Shown piece by piece: positions 47,225 to 61,211 of a stretch of DNA of 64,000 nt (position 1 is its first letter; every line of letters begins with the position of its first letter). The notes beneath the pieces were generated by a model. It was not told where the DNA came from and did no database searches. It saw only the letters and a program-made list of their open reading frames with translations. A program made the position numbers and the translations under genes. Source of the stretch: Adineta vaga (lineage: Eukaryota > Animalia > Rotifera). The DNA lies in assembly GCA_021613535.1 (NCBI GenBank), contig CP075493.1:4216001-4280000 (forward strand), in the 5' to 3' direction.

Positions 47225-50200
47225 GTTTGTATTTGAATGAGAATAAATGTGGAAATAAGTGAATATATATTAGTGGTATTATTCTAGAGTATGATAAAAC
47301 TATTTCAAAAGTGCTAAAATAACAGAGAGAAAAGGATTTTGGCAAGTGAGAAAGAACTTTTTTTATTTTATATAAAACTGCTATGGAATATGCATGAGTT
47401 GTTCTTTTTTCCTTAGAGTTTATCTAATTTTTTTCACGATAGTTCTCCGTCTCATTTCAATATACCGTCAGTGCTTCAAATTGCTCGTTATTTTTTTATT
47501 AATTATTAAATAAAAGTAATACATAAATCTGCATATCTCTTCTGATCATCTATGAAATGAAACATTATCTTTTAAATCAATCAAACTGATGAGATATTAA
47601 CAGCACTTATACTTGAATAGAAATGAAGCATTTTTCTAAATAGTTACAATTCAATAAAATTGTTAAGAAAACCCAAAAGTCATCTGTTTGTTTCATGGAT
47701 TTAAAAGAGAGAAAAACGACATCTTTGAGAGCAAATCTATTTGTTTCGTACAACTACAAATCAATAAAACAAGCGTATATCTAGAGCTAATTATAAAAGT
47801 AATTTTGGGATCTTATGTAAAAAGTAGTACAAAAAAAATATTTATAAACTGTAATGGTTTTTTTTCATAGATATGATTTACTTTGTGTGAAAAGGCTGGA
47901 TCTGTGAAATTTCTGGTAGAGAGTATACTTTCTTTTCTTTCATGTAACGATTGACAACGTTTATGCTTTAATAACTATGAATATATCATACGTTATATTG
48001 AGGAATATCTCAAAATATGAGCAAAAGGTTAGCGTTTAACACGATATAGGTGTATCTCATCTTAGACTTATATTGATATATATTTAAGTACATCTATTGA
48101 CATCTATAGAAGTACAGATCGAAATTGTATCGGGAGGATACTTTTATGAGATTCACAGCCTTAAAAGCACTTGCCTTATCTTCAATGAGCTTCCTGACCT
48201 TCAACAAGCTATTCTTGGTTTGTCAAATATTCAATTATCATTTATCATGTTAATGTTTGATTGCAAATGTTTGAATACATGATTTTTGGTGGAATAATAC
48301 CTTACAAATCATTATTGTACGTCGTTATAAACCTTTCATGAAGCGATCGAGAATGCATCGATAAAAGTTCTAACAATCGTATTGTTTTAATTCATAGTTA
48401 TAAAAAGGAACTTGTCTATTCTTTTTCTAATCAGAATATGTCATCCGTAGATACATTCAGTTTTGTTACATATGTATATTATTTGAAGTTTATTAATAAA
48501 AATATGATTGTTGTTATTTATAACAGCCAAAATGTGATGTTATGGAAAACGGAACAGACGATGAGTTTGTACAGTTGAATAATAAAGAGAGTTTTCTTGT
48601 TTAGATGTGAGTTGTAAATCAAGCGAATGAGTATAAACATCGGTCAAAACGATATCGTCATTTGTTTTGAAATCCCATTGTGATCTCGAAACTTCATACA
48701 AAAATCGATATGGCAGCGGATTGATTTCATATTTCTCTTTTCATTCAACCACGATGTATACTGCATCTTTAGCGCATTATTCACATAGTCAATGTGTTTA
48801 CAAGTTGAATACTGAATAATACTTTTGAACAAAAGTTCATTCACAAAAGTCACGTAAGTGGATAAGATAAACTGGATTAATTTGAAAAAAAAGCACATAC
48901 AGGAAATCAATTTGGAAAGAACGATAACTGTCAGAGGTAAGAGAAAAGTTCTGCATTCAACCATAATCGATCTTTACTCTACTGAACAGATGATCTGTTG
49001 TGGAATAAGCTCAACTATGTAAAAACAAAGCCAGCCAAGATATGCATGATATTGATAACGAGTAACCACAATTAGTTTATAATAAATGCTTCATTTGATG
49101 ACCAGCATAATTTTGAGTTAATATTCTGTCGAATCAATAGTTTCTTCTTGTGAAATACTCAAAAATCCATGTTTGTGAACATTCGACACATATTGAAAGT
49201 AGAAGATTGAATAGAAAACAAGTGATAGTCAAATATTTTTTCCTATGCTCGTAAATTTGTACGGTGCTTTCAGTATTCTGTAGACAAATGATAAGCATAA
49301 CTTCATAGAGATAAAGTCAAATCATGAATAGACATGAACAGATGAAAGATGAATGAAATCACTTTTGACTTTCGTCTTCATCGAATTCACCTGTGCGTCG
49401 CCATATCAATTATAATTCATTGAATAGAACTTTGAATAAAAGTTATACGCTGATGGATTTCTGCTTTCTTTGTACGAATGAATATGCGGGAATGGTAATG
49501 ATGTAGAAATATGATCTGTTAACTGATATGTGTATAATGCTAACTTATCAAGCAATAGCAGTTGCTTGCTGGGAAAAAGTCTTATTTGAAAGTTTCCAAA
49601 GACAAATGCTTGATGTGACTGAGAAAACAAACAAAATGAGTTTTTATGTAATATAAAAACATTTTCCCTACAGAATACAATGCGTTCATCTTTTCATAAG
49701 GAAAACTAAATAACTTCTTTCCCGTGTAAGAGAAGATCCCAACGCCTTTTAAGATGACAAAGTGAATCAAAACGTTTTGAGAGGCTTCTAGCAAAACCCA
49801 CGATTTTTTGTAAGTTTTAATCTAAGCAGTTGTTGAGGAAATCACGCAAATTTTCTGAGTTTTGAAAGAGTTCCTTGAGTATTCCATTGCTATTTATCAT
49901 TGAACAAAGTTGATTTCTCTTCTAATAGCGAAAATTTCAGCTGAACATTGTGAAATATAGATAGTTTCTTAGTGAAAATTAGCTCTGTTAGTAGTTAAAT
50001 ATCAATCAAAAGTAGAGTCTTTTTTATGAACTTCACATTGTATCTTTTGAGGTAGAAGGAGGATTAGCAAGAGAATATGCAACTAGTGATATTTTTTTAC
50101 GTTTGTTGTCAGTTATTTTAGTTAGAATTCTACGAATGTCGCGTGTGTATGTGCTTTTTTTTAACTTTCTATTGTTTACTTTTTCTTTTTCTTTCTTCTT

Positions 50201-50355
50201 CTTACTTCCAAGCGGGGGTTAACAATCCGTTGGTAAAAAAAAACAGTTTTTTACATGCTGCTTTGATTTGTCTTTTTCTTTTAAACGAAAGTAAGAAAGC
50301 ATAATTACTTACACTATTCATCTGCAAGTTTTCGAACAACCATACCAGCAACAAC

Positions 50356-51464
50356 ATGTCGATGCATGAGCTTAATACAGATCTTGAAAAACTTGTTATG
50401 CAAATGAACAAGCGTAATCAATCTAAAGTGATAAAAAGACTGGATGAGATTAAGGATGATTACGGTGCTAAGAATGTCGAGAAATGGCAAAACAGATCGA
50501 ATAATAAAAATTCATTACTTCATGAACTCGTCGAACGAGACATGGCCGACGTTATTTGTCATGTCATAGAAAGGTATAGGTTCGACGTCAATGTTCGACG
50601 TGCAACAGTGGTTCCACTCCATATGACCTTGCTTCTCAGGATAGAAATGAAGAATTATGTGAATTGTTGGAAAATTTTGGTTCAGGTGGTGCTGAAGTCG
50701 AACGAGGATCTCGATGGCCTACAGATGAAGAAAAATTAAAATCAACGAATATCATCTGGCTTGATCTTGAAATGACATCTATTGAAGAACCAGAAATCAT
50801 GGAATGTGCTGTCATCATTACTGATAGTGACCTAACCACATTGGATAAAGGTAGTATATATATATATATATATACTCGGCGGCACTTGAAAGATGCAAAG
50901 AAAACGTTTTGATAAACGGAATTCATATTTTTGTATTTGTAGGTAACTGGGTGATTCATTTTGATCAATCAGCTCTGGATAAACTCGGAGATCGGCATCA
51001 AAAAACATTTGCAGATCGAAAGAATGGTGGTAATAATTTGTTTGCTGATTGTCTTAAATCAAGACTGACGAAGGATCAAGTCGAAAATGAATTGTTGACT
51101 TTAATACAACGTCATTGTCCACCAAAGATGTGCTCATTAGCTGGAAGTTCAATTCATATCGATAAACGCGTGCTAGAGTTGCAAATGCCAAAAGTACATG
51201 ACTATCTACATTATCGTATTATTGATGTGAGTTCATTTCAAGCGATCATGAAACGATGGGCACCATGGTTGGAAAGAAAGATCAAAGATCAAGTAGTACG
51301 GAATGGATCAGATACTGTCAATCATCGAGCAATGGATGATATCATATGGTCAATATCGTACATGAGAGAAATGCGTTCATGTCTTAATAAACTGGCACTA
51401 ATACGGAATCCTATTCTATCAGCATCTGAAGATGCAAAGATTTCAGTTTCACATCGTTCTATTG
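50356..51464 (+). CDS. Ankyrin-repeat + oligoribonuclease (Orn/REXO2-like DEDDh exonuclease); probably continues into the RBR exon
   Basis: SLLHELVERD..FDVNVRR..STPYDLA (needs +1 nt near 50603), IIWLDLEMT, intron ~50852-50942, LAGSSIHIDKRVL..MPKVHDYLHYRIIDVSS and NHRAMDDI. Confidence 0.82.
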
Positions 51465-52210
51465 GTATGTATAATCTTGTCTTTTTCACTCACACATCGT
51501 GATTACCTTGCATTTAAAAACATCTAGTTAGCTATTGAAAGACGTAGTCTGTATGAGAAATACTGTACAAAGGAATATTTAAGGTAACTGTTACGTATTC
51601 TCAGTAGAAATTGTACATTATCAAAAGAATTTTATAAACATACTATTGCCAATATCTAAATAAATCATATTTTGAATATAAAATCTATCTTGTTTGTTGT
51701 AGTTGAACTGACAAAAGAATATAAGCAAGCAACACGAATTGACTCTCTTCCATCGACTCAACCACAAAAGCAATCAGAAGAACAGATTCAGTATCAAAAT
51801 TATTCTTATCGACCTTTCTTCTCACGAGGTGCATTATTCAATAACTTCTATCTGCAACATATGAATATGTCTGTTACTTTTTAGGTATGGAAAAGAGTAC
51901 GATATCAAATCAGATAATTCATTCTAATACGTGAGTACATTACAGACTCTTAATAAAATACGTCTCAGTTAGTTCAGAATCATATCTTATTTCTACTGTC
52001 TATAGTTTTCATACCGCATTACTATTATCTTTTGAAAATGATTTCCTCAATCTCACTCTATTCATGAGAATTCTAGATTTCTGTCAACACATCTTAATGC
52101 AAAATGCTTATAGACGTCTTGATCTAAGATGCGTCATTGTCGAGACTTAATCTTATACTAGGACGAAATCTTATGTAAAACAGCTTTCTAAAAGTCACAA
52201 AACTGTTTAG

Positions 52211-52916
52211 ATTATCGGCAGAATCAGCTGCATGTAAGACAAAAGCATGTCAAGTGTGCTTTGACGAGAAACCTGCAGCGTCTTTCACTCAACGTATCAG
52301 TCGACAATGTAAACACCGTGAACGTAACATCTGTAATACATGTATCTATGAACATATTGCTCAAGCATTTCAAAAGATGTGTAGCGATGATGTACGTTGT
52401 CCTGAGTTAAACTGTAGGATTATTTTGGATTACGAGGCAATCAAAAAAATATTACAAGATGCTCGAAATATTGATCTTTTGCAGCGTTATGAACGATTTT
52501 ATCTTGAACATCAGTTGGAACAAATGCCAGAGTTTATTTGGTGTACTCATGCTTGTGGTTCAGGTCAACTTGCTGAACAAGGAGATCAAAATAATATTAT
52601 TAGATGTGTGAAATGTCGTAAGAAATCATGCTTTATCCATCGAGTTCATTGGCATGAGGGTCTTACATGTGCAAAGTATGACGAACAGATTGATTCGGGT
52701 AGACGAGCAACTGATCAATGGTTGGCACAACACACAAAAAATTGTCCAAAATGTCGATATGGAATTGAAAAGACAACTGGTTGTGATCATATGACATGTA
52801 CGCAATGTCATTTTGAATTTTGTTGGGCATGTCTAGCTGCCTATGCAGATATTCGAAGTGATGGTAATCATCGTCATTATCAACACTGTAAGCATTTTCG
52901 TGCATATCCTAAATGA
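52211..52916 (+). CDS. RBR (RING1-IBR-RING2) E3 ubiquitin ligase exon
   Basis: CQVCFD..CKH..ICNTC..CPELNC (RING1), FIWCTHACGSG..CVKC..CFIHRVHWHEGLTC (IBR) and TKNCPKC..IEKTTGCDHMTC..CHFEFCWAC (RING2 with catalytic Cys). The exon starts at an acceptor and has no ATG before RING1. Confidence 0.9.
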
Positions 52917-53439
52917 CAGTATTTTTTAATGAGACTGCTCTTTTTTTGTATCTTACTCAAGAATAAAACTGGAATTTTGTTGTTGTTTTTATGACAAAAG
53001 AAATTTCATAGATTCAAAAGGTAATAATGATAAACTTTCATATAAAAAAAATGGACAAAACCGATTGCTGACTTTGTCTGAGTTACAACAGGTAACGAAA
53101 TATCAATTGTTATCAAGCGGCCTAGTACTTTTACACGTCACTAAGTGTGTCATTCAATAAACTTTCGTCTTCTTTTTTCCACTATAAAAAACAATTGATT
53201 ACTTTCGCAACATTTCGTAATGTTTCACAAAAAATGAAACAATTGTATTTGTTGATTTCTTACATTAACAGAAAAGTTCAACAGTCAGCGACATCCCATC
53301 TGACTTTTTTTTATGAATGGTTAGTTGACAGAACGAGTCATTTGATAGGTGAATTAATCATGGTACTGAACTGATCTATTCTATTCGACTTTCTACTCAT
53401 TTCATTTTCTTCTAATTATTACTTAATTTCGTTACACAA

Positions 53440-54406
53440 ATGAGTGATAAGCCTTCATCATCGTCATCGAATTTAAAACAATTCTTAACTGAAGAACAAA
53501 TTGATATCGAACGACAACGACGACAAGCTGATTGGGAACGTGTACGTTCGGCGACTGATCCAGTCGGTAATGTTATGAAAAAAGAACGACATTTTCAACG
53601 AATTTCATTCATCTCTTTTGTTTTATAATTATATAGAAGCACCAGCTGAAGTTTTTGATACACGATCATTGTATGAAAAACTCAAAGCTCAACATGATGA
53701 GAAAAAGAAAGAGTTCTTGGACATGTGGGCAGCAAGTAAACGACGAATGAAGGAATTTCAGATTTTTATTCATTTTTTTCTTTCTTCTTCTCAGAAAATT
53801 CCATTCGTGGTCTTGATGAAGACGAAACAAGCTTTTTATCTCGTGTGGATAAAGCTAAAATGGAAAAACAACGTGAACTCAAACGATTGGAACAAGAAGA
53901 AATTGAAGAATTAAAAATATCCTTTTTTATTTATTTTGTTAATTGAAATAAGATTTTCTTTAGAATAAGTTTTTTTCCTTAACTCCATAATGCACAGAGC
54001 TCAAAAAGAAATGGAAGAAGCTTCGTCACATACTCGTCTAACAACAGCATCATCGAAACCTCTCATCACACAACCAGTTGTTAATAAACAAAAACAATTA
54101 CTTAGTGGTATCGTCAAACGAAAAACGAATGATACGTTAAAACGTCCATTAGATGAAAGTACTACAGATGATACATCAGCACCACCAGCTCGTTTACCAC
54201 GTTTACTTATTCCTGGTGGTCGTCTACCTGGTATTGGTCCAGCTGAAGGTTTTTCTGATTCATCGGACTCTAATGAAAGTAGTGATGATGATGGCCTTTC
54301 TCGTCATTCAAATAGTATTGGTATTCAATCATCAATAGCTCAACGAAAGAAACTAGTTAAACAATTACAAGATCTTGCTGCAGCATCAACAGGTGGATGT
54401 GATTAA
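53440..54406 (+). CDS. PSME3IP1: PSME3-interacting protein (FAM192A/NIP30 family), 4 exons
   Basis: FLTEEQIDIERQRRQADWERVR..DTRSLYEKLKAQHD..KNSIRGLDEDETSFL, C-terminal LPGIG..SDSSDS. Confidence 0.85.
53917..53995 (+). other. U12-type (minor spliceosome) AT-AC intron
   Basis: 5' end ATATCCTTT at 53917, branch point TTCCTTAAC at 53975-53983, 3' end ..CAC at 53995. Removal joins ELK|RAQKE in frame. Confidence 0.9.
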
Positions 54407-54441
54407 TAGATCAATTGTTCATCTAATTATGTAAAAATAAA

Positions 54442-55396
54442 TCATACATTCACACGTTGTACTTGAGTTTGTTTACTGGCACATTTTCGTATGATATCAA
54501 TCAAGGATTTTCGTACATCATCAGTAGTAATTAAATTTATCAACATACTAGCACTTTGACCAAATGTAATAAACAGATAACTGATACGTGCCATATACGG
54601 CCATGGAGACATAATATGAGACTGAATTAATAGATAGAATAGAGAATAAGGAAAACCAAGTATAAATAGAATGATTACGAGTGTTAGTATGCGACGAATA
54701 AGACGAAGTTCAGATTGACGACGATTTTGACTTATTAGTGTATTCGATCGATAAGTTGTTGAGAATGGTGTACGTTTCATATATTGAACAATTTGAAAAT
54801 AGATAATAATGATGATGATTAATGGTAGAAAGAAAATGACAAGACTAAAATAAACGAACCCAATGGTATCTTCCAAGGAAACCTAGAGCAAAGAGCAATA
54901 CTATTTTAATCAATTTCTAATTACACACACATACCTGACATATACGACTTCCTGATTGATATGTAATACGATTAGTGAAAAAAATAGGAAGTCCAAAGCT
55001 AGCTGAAAAAATCCATTGTATCAATACCATGAGAATAATAAAACGAGTTGTCTGTAAATATTGTTGTGTTGAATATACCGTAACAAATAGACGATAAAAT
55101 GCTTGAACACATAGAGTATGATATAAAACACCTGTTCCTATTTGTAAAAGAAGACCACGAATATTACATAATCGATCATTACCAACATCTAACAATTGAT
55201 AGATTGCTTGACTAATACAAGTAAGATTTGCAATGAGACCAGCTATCGTAGAATTCAGTACAAGAAAAATTGTTAATGTATGACATCGACGATGAAACAT
55301 AACGATAATAATAAATACGAATGCAAAAAATATACCAAATGTACAACATACAATCATTAAGATAGAAGAAACTGTTTCAAAGACATTCATTTTCAT
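54442..55396 (-). CDS. Class A orphan GPCR (2 exons)
   Basis: Seven hydrophobic segments, LCVQAFYRL (DRY-equivalent), ILFILGFPY. Intron ~54933-54884. Confidence 0.85.
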
Positions 55397-56224
55397 TGAA
55401 ATAGAGGAATATAAATCATCAATTAATAAAGAAAATATATTAAGAGAAGTAATACTTTTTCTTGTTCGGAATATGTTGTCTTATTAAATATGGATGTATG
55501 CGTCACTATCCTTGATTGCTACTTAAAATACTCGAGAAGCTATCTAATGAATTCTTAGTTTTGTCAGAAAAGAAAATAACGTGCTGAAATATCTTTTTTT
55601 CGATAATTGCATGCTGCATAAATCTCCATTTGTTTATTCTTTTCCAAATGTCAAAAAGAAGAAAACGACTATTTTATCCAATGATGAATAGTTCGTCACA
55701 TGAGTAATGATGTCTCAAAAGAATATATCTCGAACATTACCATGACTATACATTCACAAGAGATGTTATTACGCATAAAACATGCATACAAATCATTGAA
55801 TACGACGATTATAAACTAGAATTCCGAATATATGGATTGATTAAATAAATTACATTTTCTTCCTATAACTTCAATGTGAAAAATATGTGTCAAAATAAAA
55901 AATAAAAATCTTATTCATTTTTTTTTATTATTTGTTTCCATAGCATAGGCGTATTTCATTTGAATATAATAAAATTAACAAGATTCTTAATGAATTTTAG
56001 TTTATGAATAAAAAATATATGGATGACTTATATTTTAGTCGATTTTTATTCTTTGGAACATTGCCCTGAAAGAACAAATAGAAATACGAGAACGGTTTCG
56101 TTTGATTAGCTTCAATCGAATAATAAGTAAATAGAAAACATGGAGAAGACATAGAGATTTGTATAAAAAATGAGTGGAATGTTCAAATAAGATTGTAAAA
56201 ATCTGTAAAGAAGCAAACTGTTAG

Positions 56225-58350
56225 ATGCAAGGAGTTAGAATCAATCGAATTCAACCTAATTCACAAGATCATCATTATCATCATAAACATGTTCGTATTT
56301 TTCATGATTTAATTTTAATTATGCCTAATAGAATTAAAATTCTTTTTCTTCATTTTATTTAGAATATTATTCAACATTCGATACCAGAATCAATTGATGA
56401 CAATGAAGAATATGCATCAGAATCGATTTCATCTGCTGGTACACGATCAATATTATCTAATAGATCTAGTATTAGATCTGTATCTCCACCAATGGAAGTC
56501 ATCGAAATTCCACGTTCTGTTAACCGCATATCTCAATTACATACTCAATTATCAAATGTTCCCTCGTCGATTCGTACAATTAAAACAATTTCAAGACCAG
56601 CACCATCGTTTCGATCATATATTCTCTCGCCAGGTTCTCCTATATATCGAACAATATCATGGATACCAACAAAGACAAGTCCAATGAAGGAGAATGAAAT
56701 ACAACAATCAACTTCGAAAAAAAATAAACATATTTCCAAAATGTATAATATCTTATTTGCTGCTGTTGTGATTGGTTTAGGAATTGCTCTATGTGCAATT
56801 ATTATTTTGGCGGTACTTTTAGCTTTGAAAAGTAATGATTCATCATCCAATTCAGGTAAATAATCATAAAATCGATATCATTTTTCTATTGCATATCTTT
56901 AGAACGTTTTACATCATCATCATGTGCTGATAATTGTATGATGTCAATAACACCATTTCAAGATTCAACAATTGCATCATGGCAATTTGATGGTAGTCTT
57001 TCTGATGTCAACAATGTTTATTCATTATTGTATTCAAATCCACCAAATGTTGTTTATCGTACTGGTAATATAGGGGAAGCGGTATCCTTTTCGGGTGCAC
57101 AATATGTTTATGCAAGTACACATTTTATGAATATAAGCTATCGAAGTTGGACCGTCGAAGTGTAAGTTGATAGATTTAAAAAAATTATACATTACTTTGT
57201 TTTTTCTCCTGCTTCAAATAGTTGGCTACTATTGAACAGTGTTAGTAATACTCGAGGTATATTTAGTCAATGTCAAACAGCATCAACAACTGATCAATGT
57301 TTAACACTCAGTATACAAAATAAACGATTACATTTAGGGTTTACTAATAATGATCTGGATGGGACAACTATTTTGTCAGCTTCATCAGTTACATGGCGTC
57401 ATGTGGCTTTTGTTTATGATTATATTTTGATGCGACAATCCATTTATCTCGATGGTGTTTTGGAAGCAACAACAGGTGCATCTGGTATTCCTGTAGGTCC
57501 ATACAAAGGACAATCAGGAAATGTTTTAATTGGTCGAACAGATTCAGGAGATTATTTCGACGGTAGAATCGACCAGTTACAAGTATCAGGTAGTGCGAAA
57601 ACTGCTTGTCAAATTTTAAATGATGCAACATTAACAGCTTATTATGCTTTTGATATCGGTGCATCATATCTTGATTCGAGTATGAATGTCTTTCATGGGA
57701 CATCAAATTTATTAATTACATTATCTGGCCGTGTAAATCATGCGTATTCATTTCAGTATGAATATTCATACTTCCAATCACAAGCATTTACAGCTTATGA
57801 TTCTAATGAGCCATTTAGTGTAGCTCTATGGGTAAAACCATTCGTTGTCAATGGTGGCACATTAATTCATTTGTCAACAGGGAATGATGGAAGTAGTTCG
57901 GCTTGTTTTGATTTACTTGGCTTTAGTTCATCTGGTCAATTAATTGGACAACTCTATGAGGGATATGACTGTTGTGTTTGTTGTGTCGTAAATCCACTAA
58001 TATCTTGTCCTTGTCAAAGCTTAAGAAATGTTGCAGGACCAACAATGATTGTAAATACTTGGACACATATCGTTCTCACATATAGTAGTAGCAATGGTAT
58101 GGCACTCTATACGAATGGTACATTACGTGGAGTAACTGATTCATTTTCATCATTTCCTTCGTCGTCGCCTGACTATACAATTCGGCCATATATAACAGTT
58201 GGAAATCAACGAATAAGTGGTGGCTTACATGGTTGTTTAGGAAGTTCACCATCAGTTTCTTCCGGTTCTTATCGTGGAATGATTGATGAATTACGAATTT
58301 ATAGTCGAGAATTAACAAAAACTGAAATCTGCTCTTTATTTCATGTTTGA
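56225..58350 (+). CDS. Type II membrane protein with two LamG/concanavalin-A-like (pentraxin-like) domains
   Basis: ATG at 56225 (MQGVRINRIQP), Ser/Pro-rich cytoplasmic part, TM ILFAAVVIGLGIALCAIIILAVLLAL, then WQFDGSL, WRHVAFVYD..IYLDG..FDGRIDQL and WTHIVLTYS..LYTNG..GMIDELRIYSREL. Confidence 0.85.
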
Positions 58351-58901
58351 TCCTTGATAACTATGATAAAACATGAATGTATCATTAACAATGATATACT
58401 CTCTTTTTTTTCTACTCCTCTTTACACATTTTATTTTAGTTTTGTAAAAATAATCATTAATTCGTATGTTCTATTTTTTTTTAATATGCAGAATTTTAAT
58501 GACGAAGTTGTAATGTGAGTTTGCTGAGTCAAAATAGCATGTACATCAGTGAGATAACAAGAAAATTCAATTTTTAACTGACAAAACATAAAGGATTTTA
58601 TGATGAAATAAAAATTGTTGTCTATACATCAATAAAACGTGTCAAAATATTATCTATCAAACTTGCAAATAATTCTATATTCAATAGAAAAATAGCACGC
58701 TGTTTACAGTTTATTTAATATTAAATATATTTCCTTCCTGACTAAAGCATTCTCATAGTTTTGGAATGTGTTTAATAATAACAATAATATCTAGACAATA
58801 TGTATCTTGCAACTAGAGATATCAGTAAATAAAGAATTGACGTCTATTTAGAAAGTCATTTCATGATAGAACCGTGCCGATAAAGTGCGTTTATTTTACA
58901 G

Positions 58902-59620
58902 ATGTATACGTCGCGTAGCGCGGCCGTTCATCCTCAAAATGCTCTTTCTGGTTATCCAAAATCAAATTTAGATGATCCACGATATCGTCCGTAAGTGTAT
59001 TTTTGTACGACGAATTATATGTAATTATTAAAAATAATACTTTTATCGTTTTCATTGTTTAGTGGACAGTTTAGAAGATTAGATCCGAGAACACGACGTC
59101 GTCGCATACTTCGTTTTATTGTGGTATTAGTTATAATAGTTATTGCTCTTGTCGTTGGAGTAAAAATTGGTTTGAATCGTAATAAAATAACATGTGCTCC
59201 TAACCACGATTCAAGTACTACAAGTGCTTCAAGTAATTTCGTTTTTCTTTTACGAATGATAGAATCATTAATCTACAGAAAACACCTTATGTACCTTTAT
59301 ATTGTATAGTTCAATTCAATAATTCTATTTTTATAGTTCCGATTGCAACAACAACAACAACAACAACAAGCAGTGCATTGATGAACACCAATACTACAAC
59401 AACGACTTTAATCGCAAATAATAACACACTGTCAACAGCAGTAACATCAGTTTCAAACAGCACCAGTGCAATATCAGCTATAGACATTACTATTGAATCC
59501 GCAACAGAAATAAATGATATCATCAGTTCGGAAACAGCAACATCAGTAGACACGGCTATGAATAATAACACCCAGGCAGATAATGCTGGAATTAATGCGA
59601 ATAAGAGCCCCAGAGTATAA
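58902..59620 (+). CDS. Small type II membrane protein with Thr/Ser-rich ectodomain
   Basis: Exon 1 MYTSRSAAVHPQ..YRP, exon 2 RRRRILRFIVVLVIIVIALVVGV (TM), exon 3 poly-Thr. Confidence 0.65.
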
Positions 59621-59960
59621 ATAGTTCAGAATAAAACATTCATTGATATGTCACAAAAATCTTCTTAATCATTTGCTTCAAGCTAATTCCAGTCATATAT
59701 ACTACTTTTTTTTTGGTTTGAACTATGTATAATAATATTACAAAATAAATACTGACTTTACTCTGAAATATGTTCAAGTAGCATAGACAGACTATGCTAT
59801 GTCAGGATGAAGACAATAGAAAGAACTCTCAGAAAATATGAGATAGACATTCGTTTATCATTGAGCTGAAATTGCTTTAGAATTCTTTATTAAATCAATC
59901 AATTCCTGTTTAAATAATTTTAACAACATATAATTCATCATGGTTGTCTTTTTCTTCGTC

Positions 59961-60924
59961 TTATTTTAAAACCAAACATCTTGCACTTATCTTACATAAA
60001 ACTCTTTTGATTTCTAGACGAAAAATTTTCGATGCATGAATAAAAATGAAAAAACTAAGACAAAATGGTATATGATGACTGATAATACCAAATCCATTAA
60101 GAAAATTATCAATTGTTCGATGTAATATTGTTCGAGTTTGATATTTTGTTGCTGCTTCATATGTATAATACATTGCTGCAGATATACTAAAACTCGTATG
60201 AACAAGATCATGATAATAGAGACTACGAAGAAGTTGAAAATCTTTTCTATGCATTGCATGTAATTGCTGTCGATTTTCAATTGGATTAGATTGAATTCGT
60301 CGAACATTTCTGAATGATAACATTGATAAAATCATCAATAGAATAGACGAGAGAAGAGCAATAAATAATGATAAATAAGAAACAAATTCCAAGTAGAATC
60401 CTGATGTATCATAATAACACTTATGATCTGAAGAATTTGCGTCTTGAATATTAACTTTAATCAATGTATGAGTGTAGAATAGTATCCAAAAGCATGTAGT
60501 AATACTTAACAAAAAATAAGCAAGCCGTTTGGAACTGTATAATCGAATATTAATATCGTGATGATATTAATAGACGATCAATTGATGCGCAGACAAAAAC
60601 ATTAGGTGAAAGTGTAGCAAATAGATAGGATAGATAGTAGTGGATCTTACAAATGATTACATTCGAATCTGCTGGATTAATATTAAAACCAAAGGACAAA
60701 ACCGTTCCTAACATGGTCGAATTTGTATAAAGTAAATTAATAAGAATACAATTAAGAAAATAGAATATACAAACATTTTTTCGCCAAGATTTTTTAAGAA
60801 ATATCATCAAGCTAAGCAAATTACCGATATTACTTATGATATAAAGTATCATTCCAACATATCGATTAGTATAAACAACGATATTGTTCAAAATTTCAAT
60901 AGTTTGTCTAGTTGATGAAGCCAT
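59961..60924 (-). CDS. Class A orphan GPCR with a 1-nt frameshift near 60555 (error or young pseudogene)
   Basis: IISNIGNLLSLMIF, ICKIHYY, ASIDRLLISS / RLYSSKRLAY, KDFQLLRSL and HIPFCLSFFIFIHASKIFR. Confidence 0.78.
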
Positions 60925-61211
60925 GATAACTAGTTACAGGAAATTGTTCGTAAGTGATTCTTCTCTTAAGTATATAATAAAGATTAAATTTTCATTGGAT
61001 TTTAATTCTTTTTCTGAAAATCATTTCAGATAAAAATAACACTGGAGAGTTCTCAAAAATAAAAGTTCTTCAAGAACTTTCCTCCGATGTTTAAATTCCA
61101 TCCTTATTTGTCTGGCATTTATTAATTTATTCAAGACGATATGCTGTCTGTTATATCCTATGTAAAAACATGTTCATTTTGCATCCAAAAAATAATTACA
61201 TTAAAGCTGCT

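Noticed and set aside
48500-49950. Coding-like fragments on the minus strand (YEINPLPYRFLY.., SLPFPHIH)
   Set aside because: Possibly a decayed F-box/LRR-type gene, but there are too many stops and no diagnostic motif.
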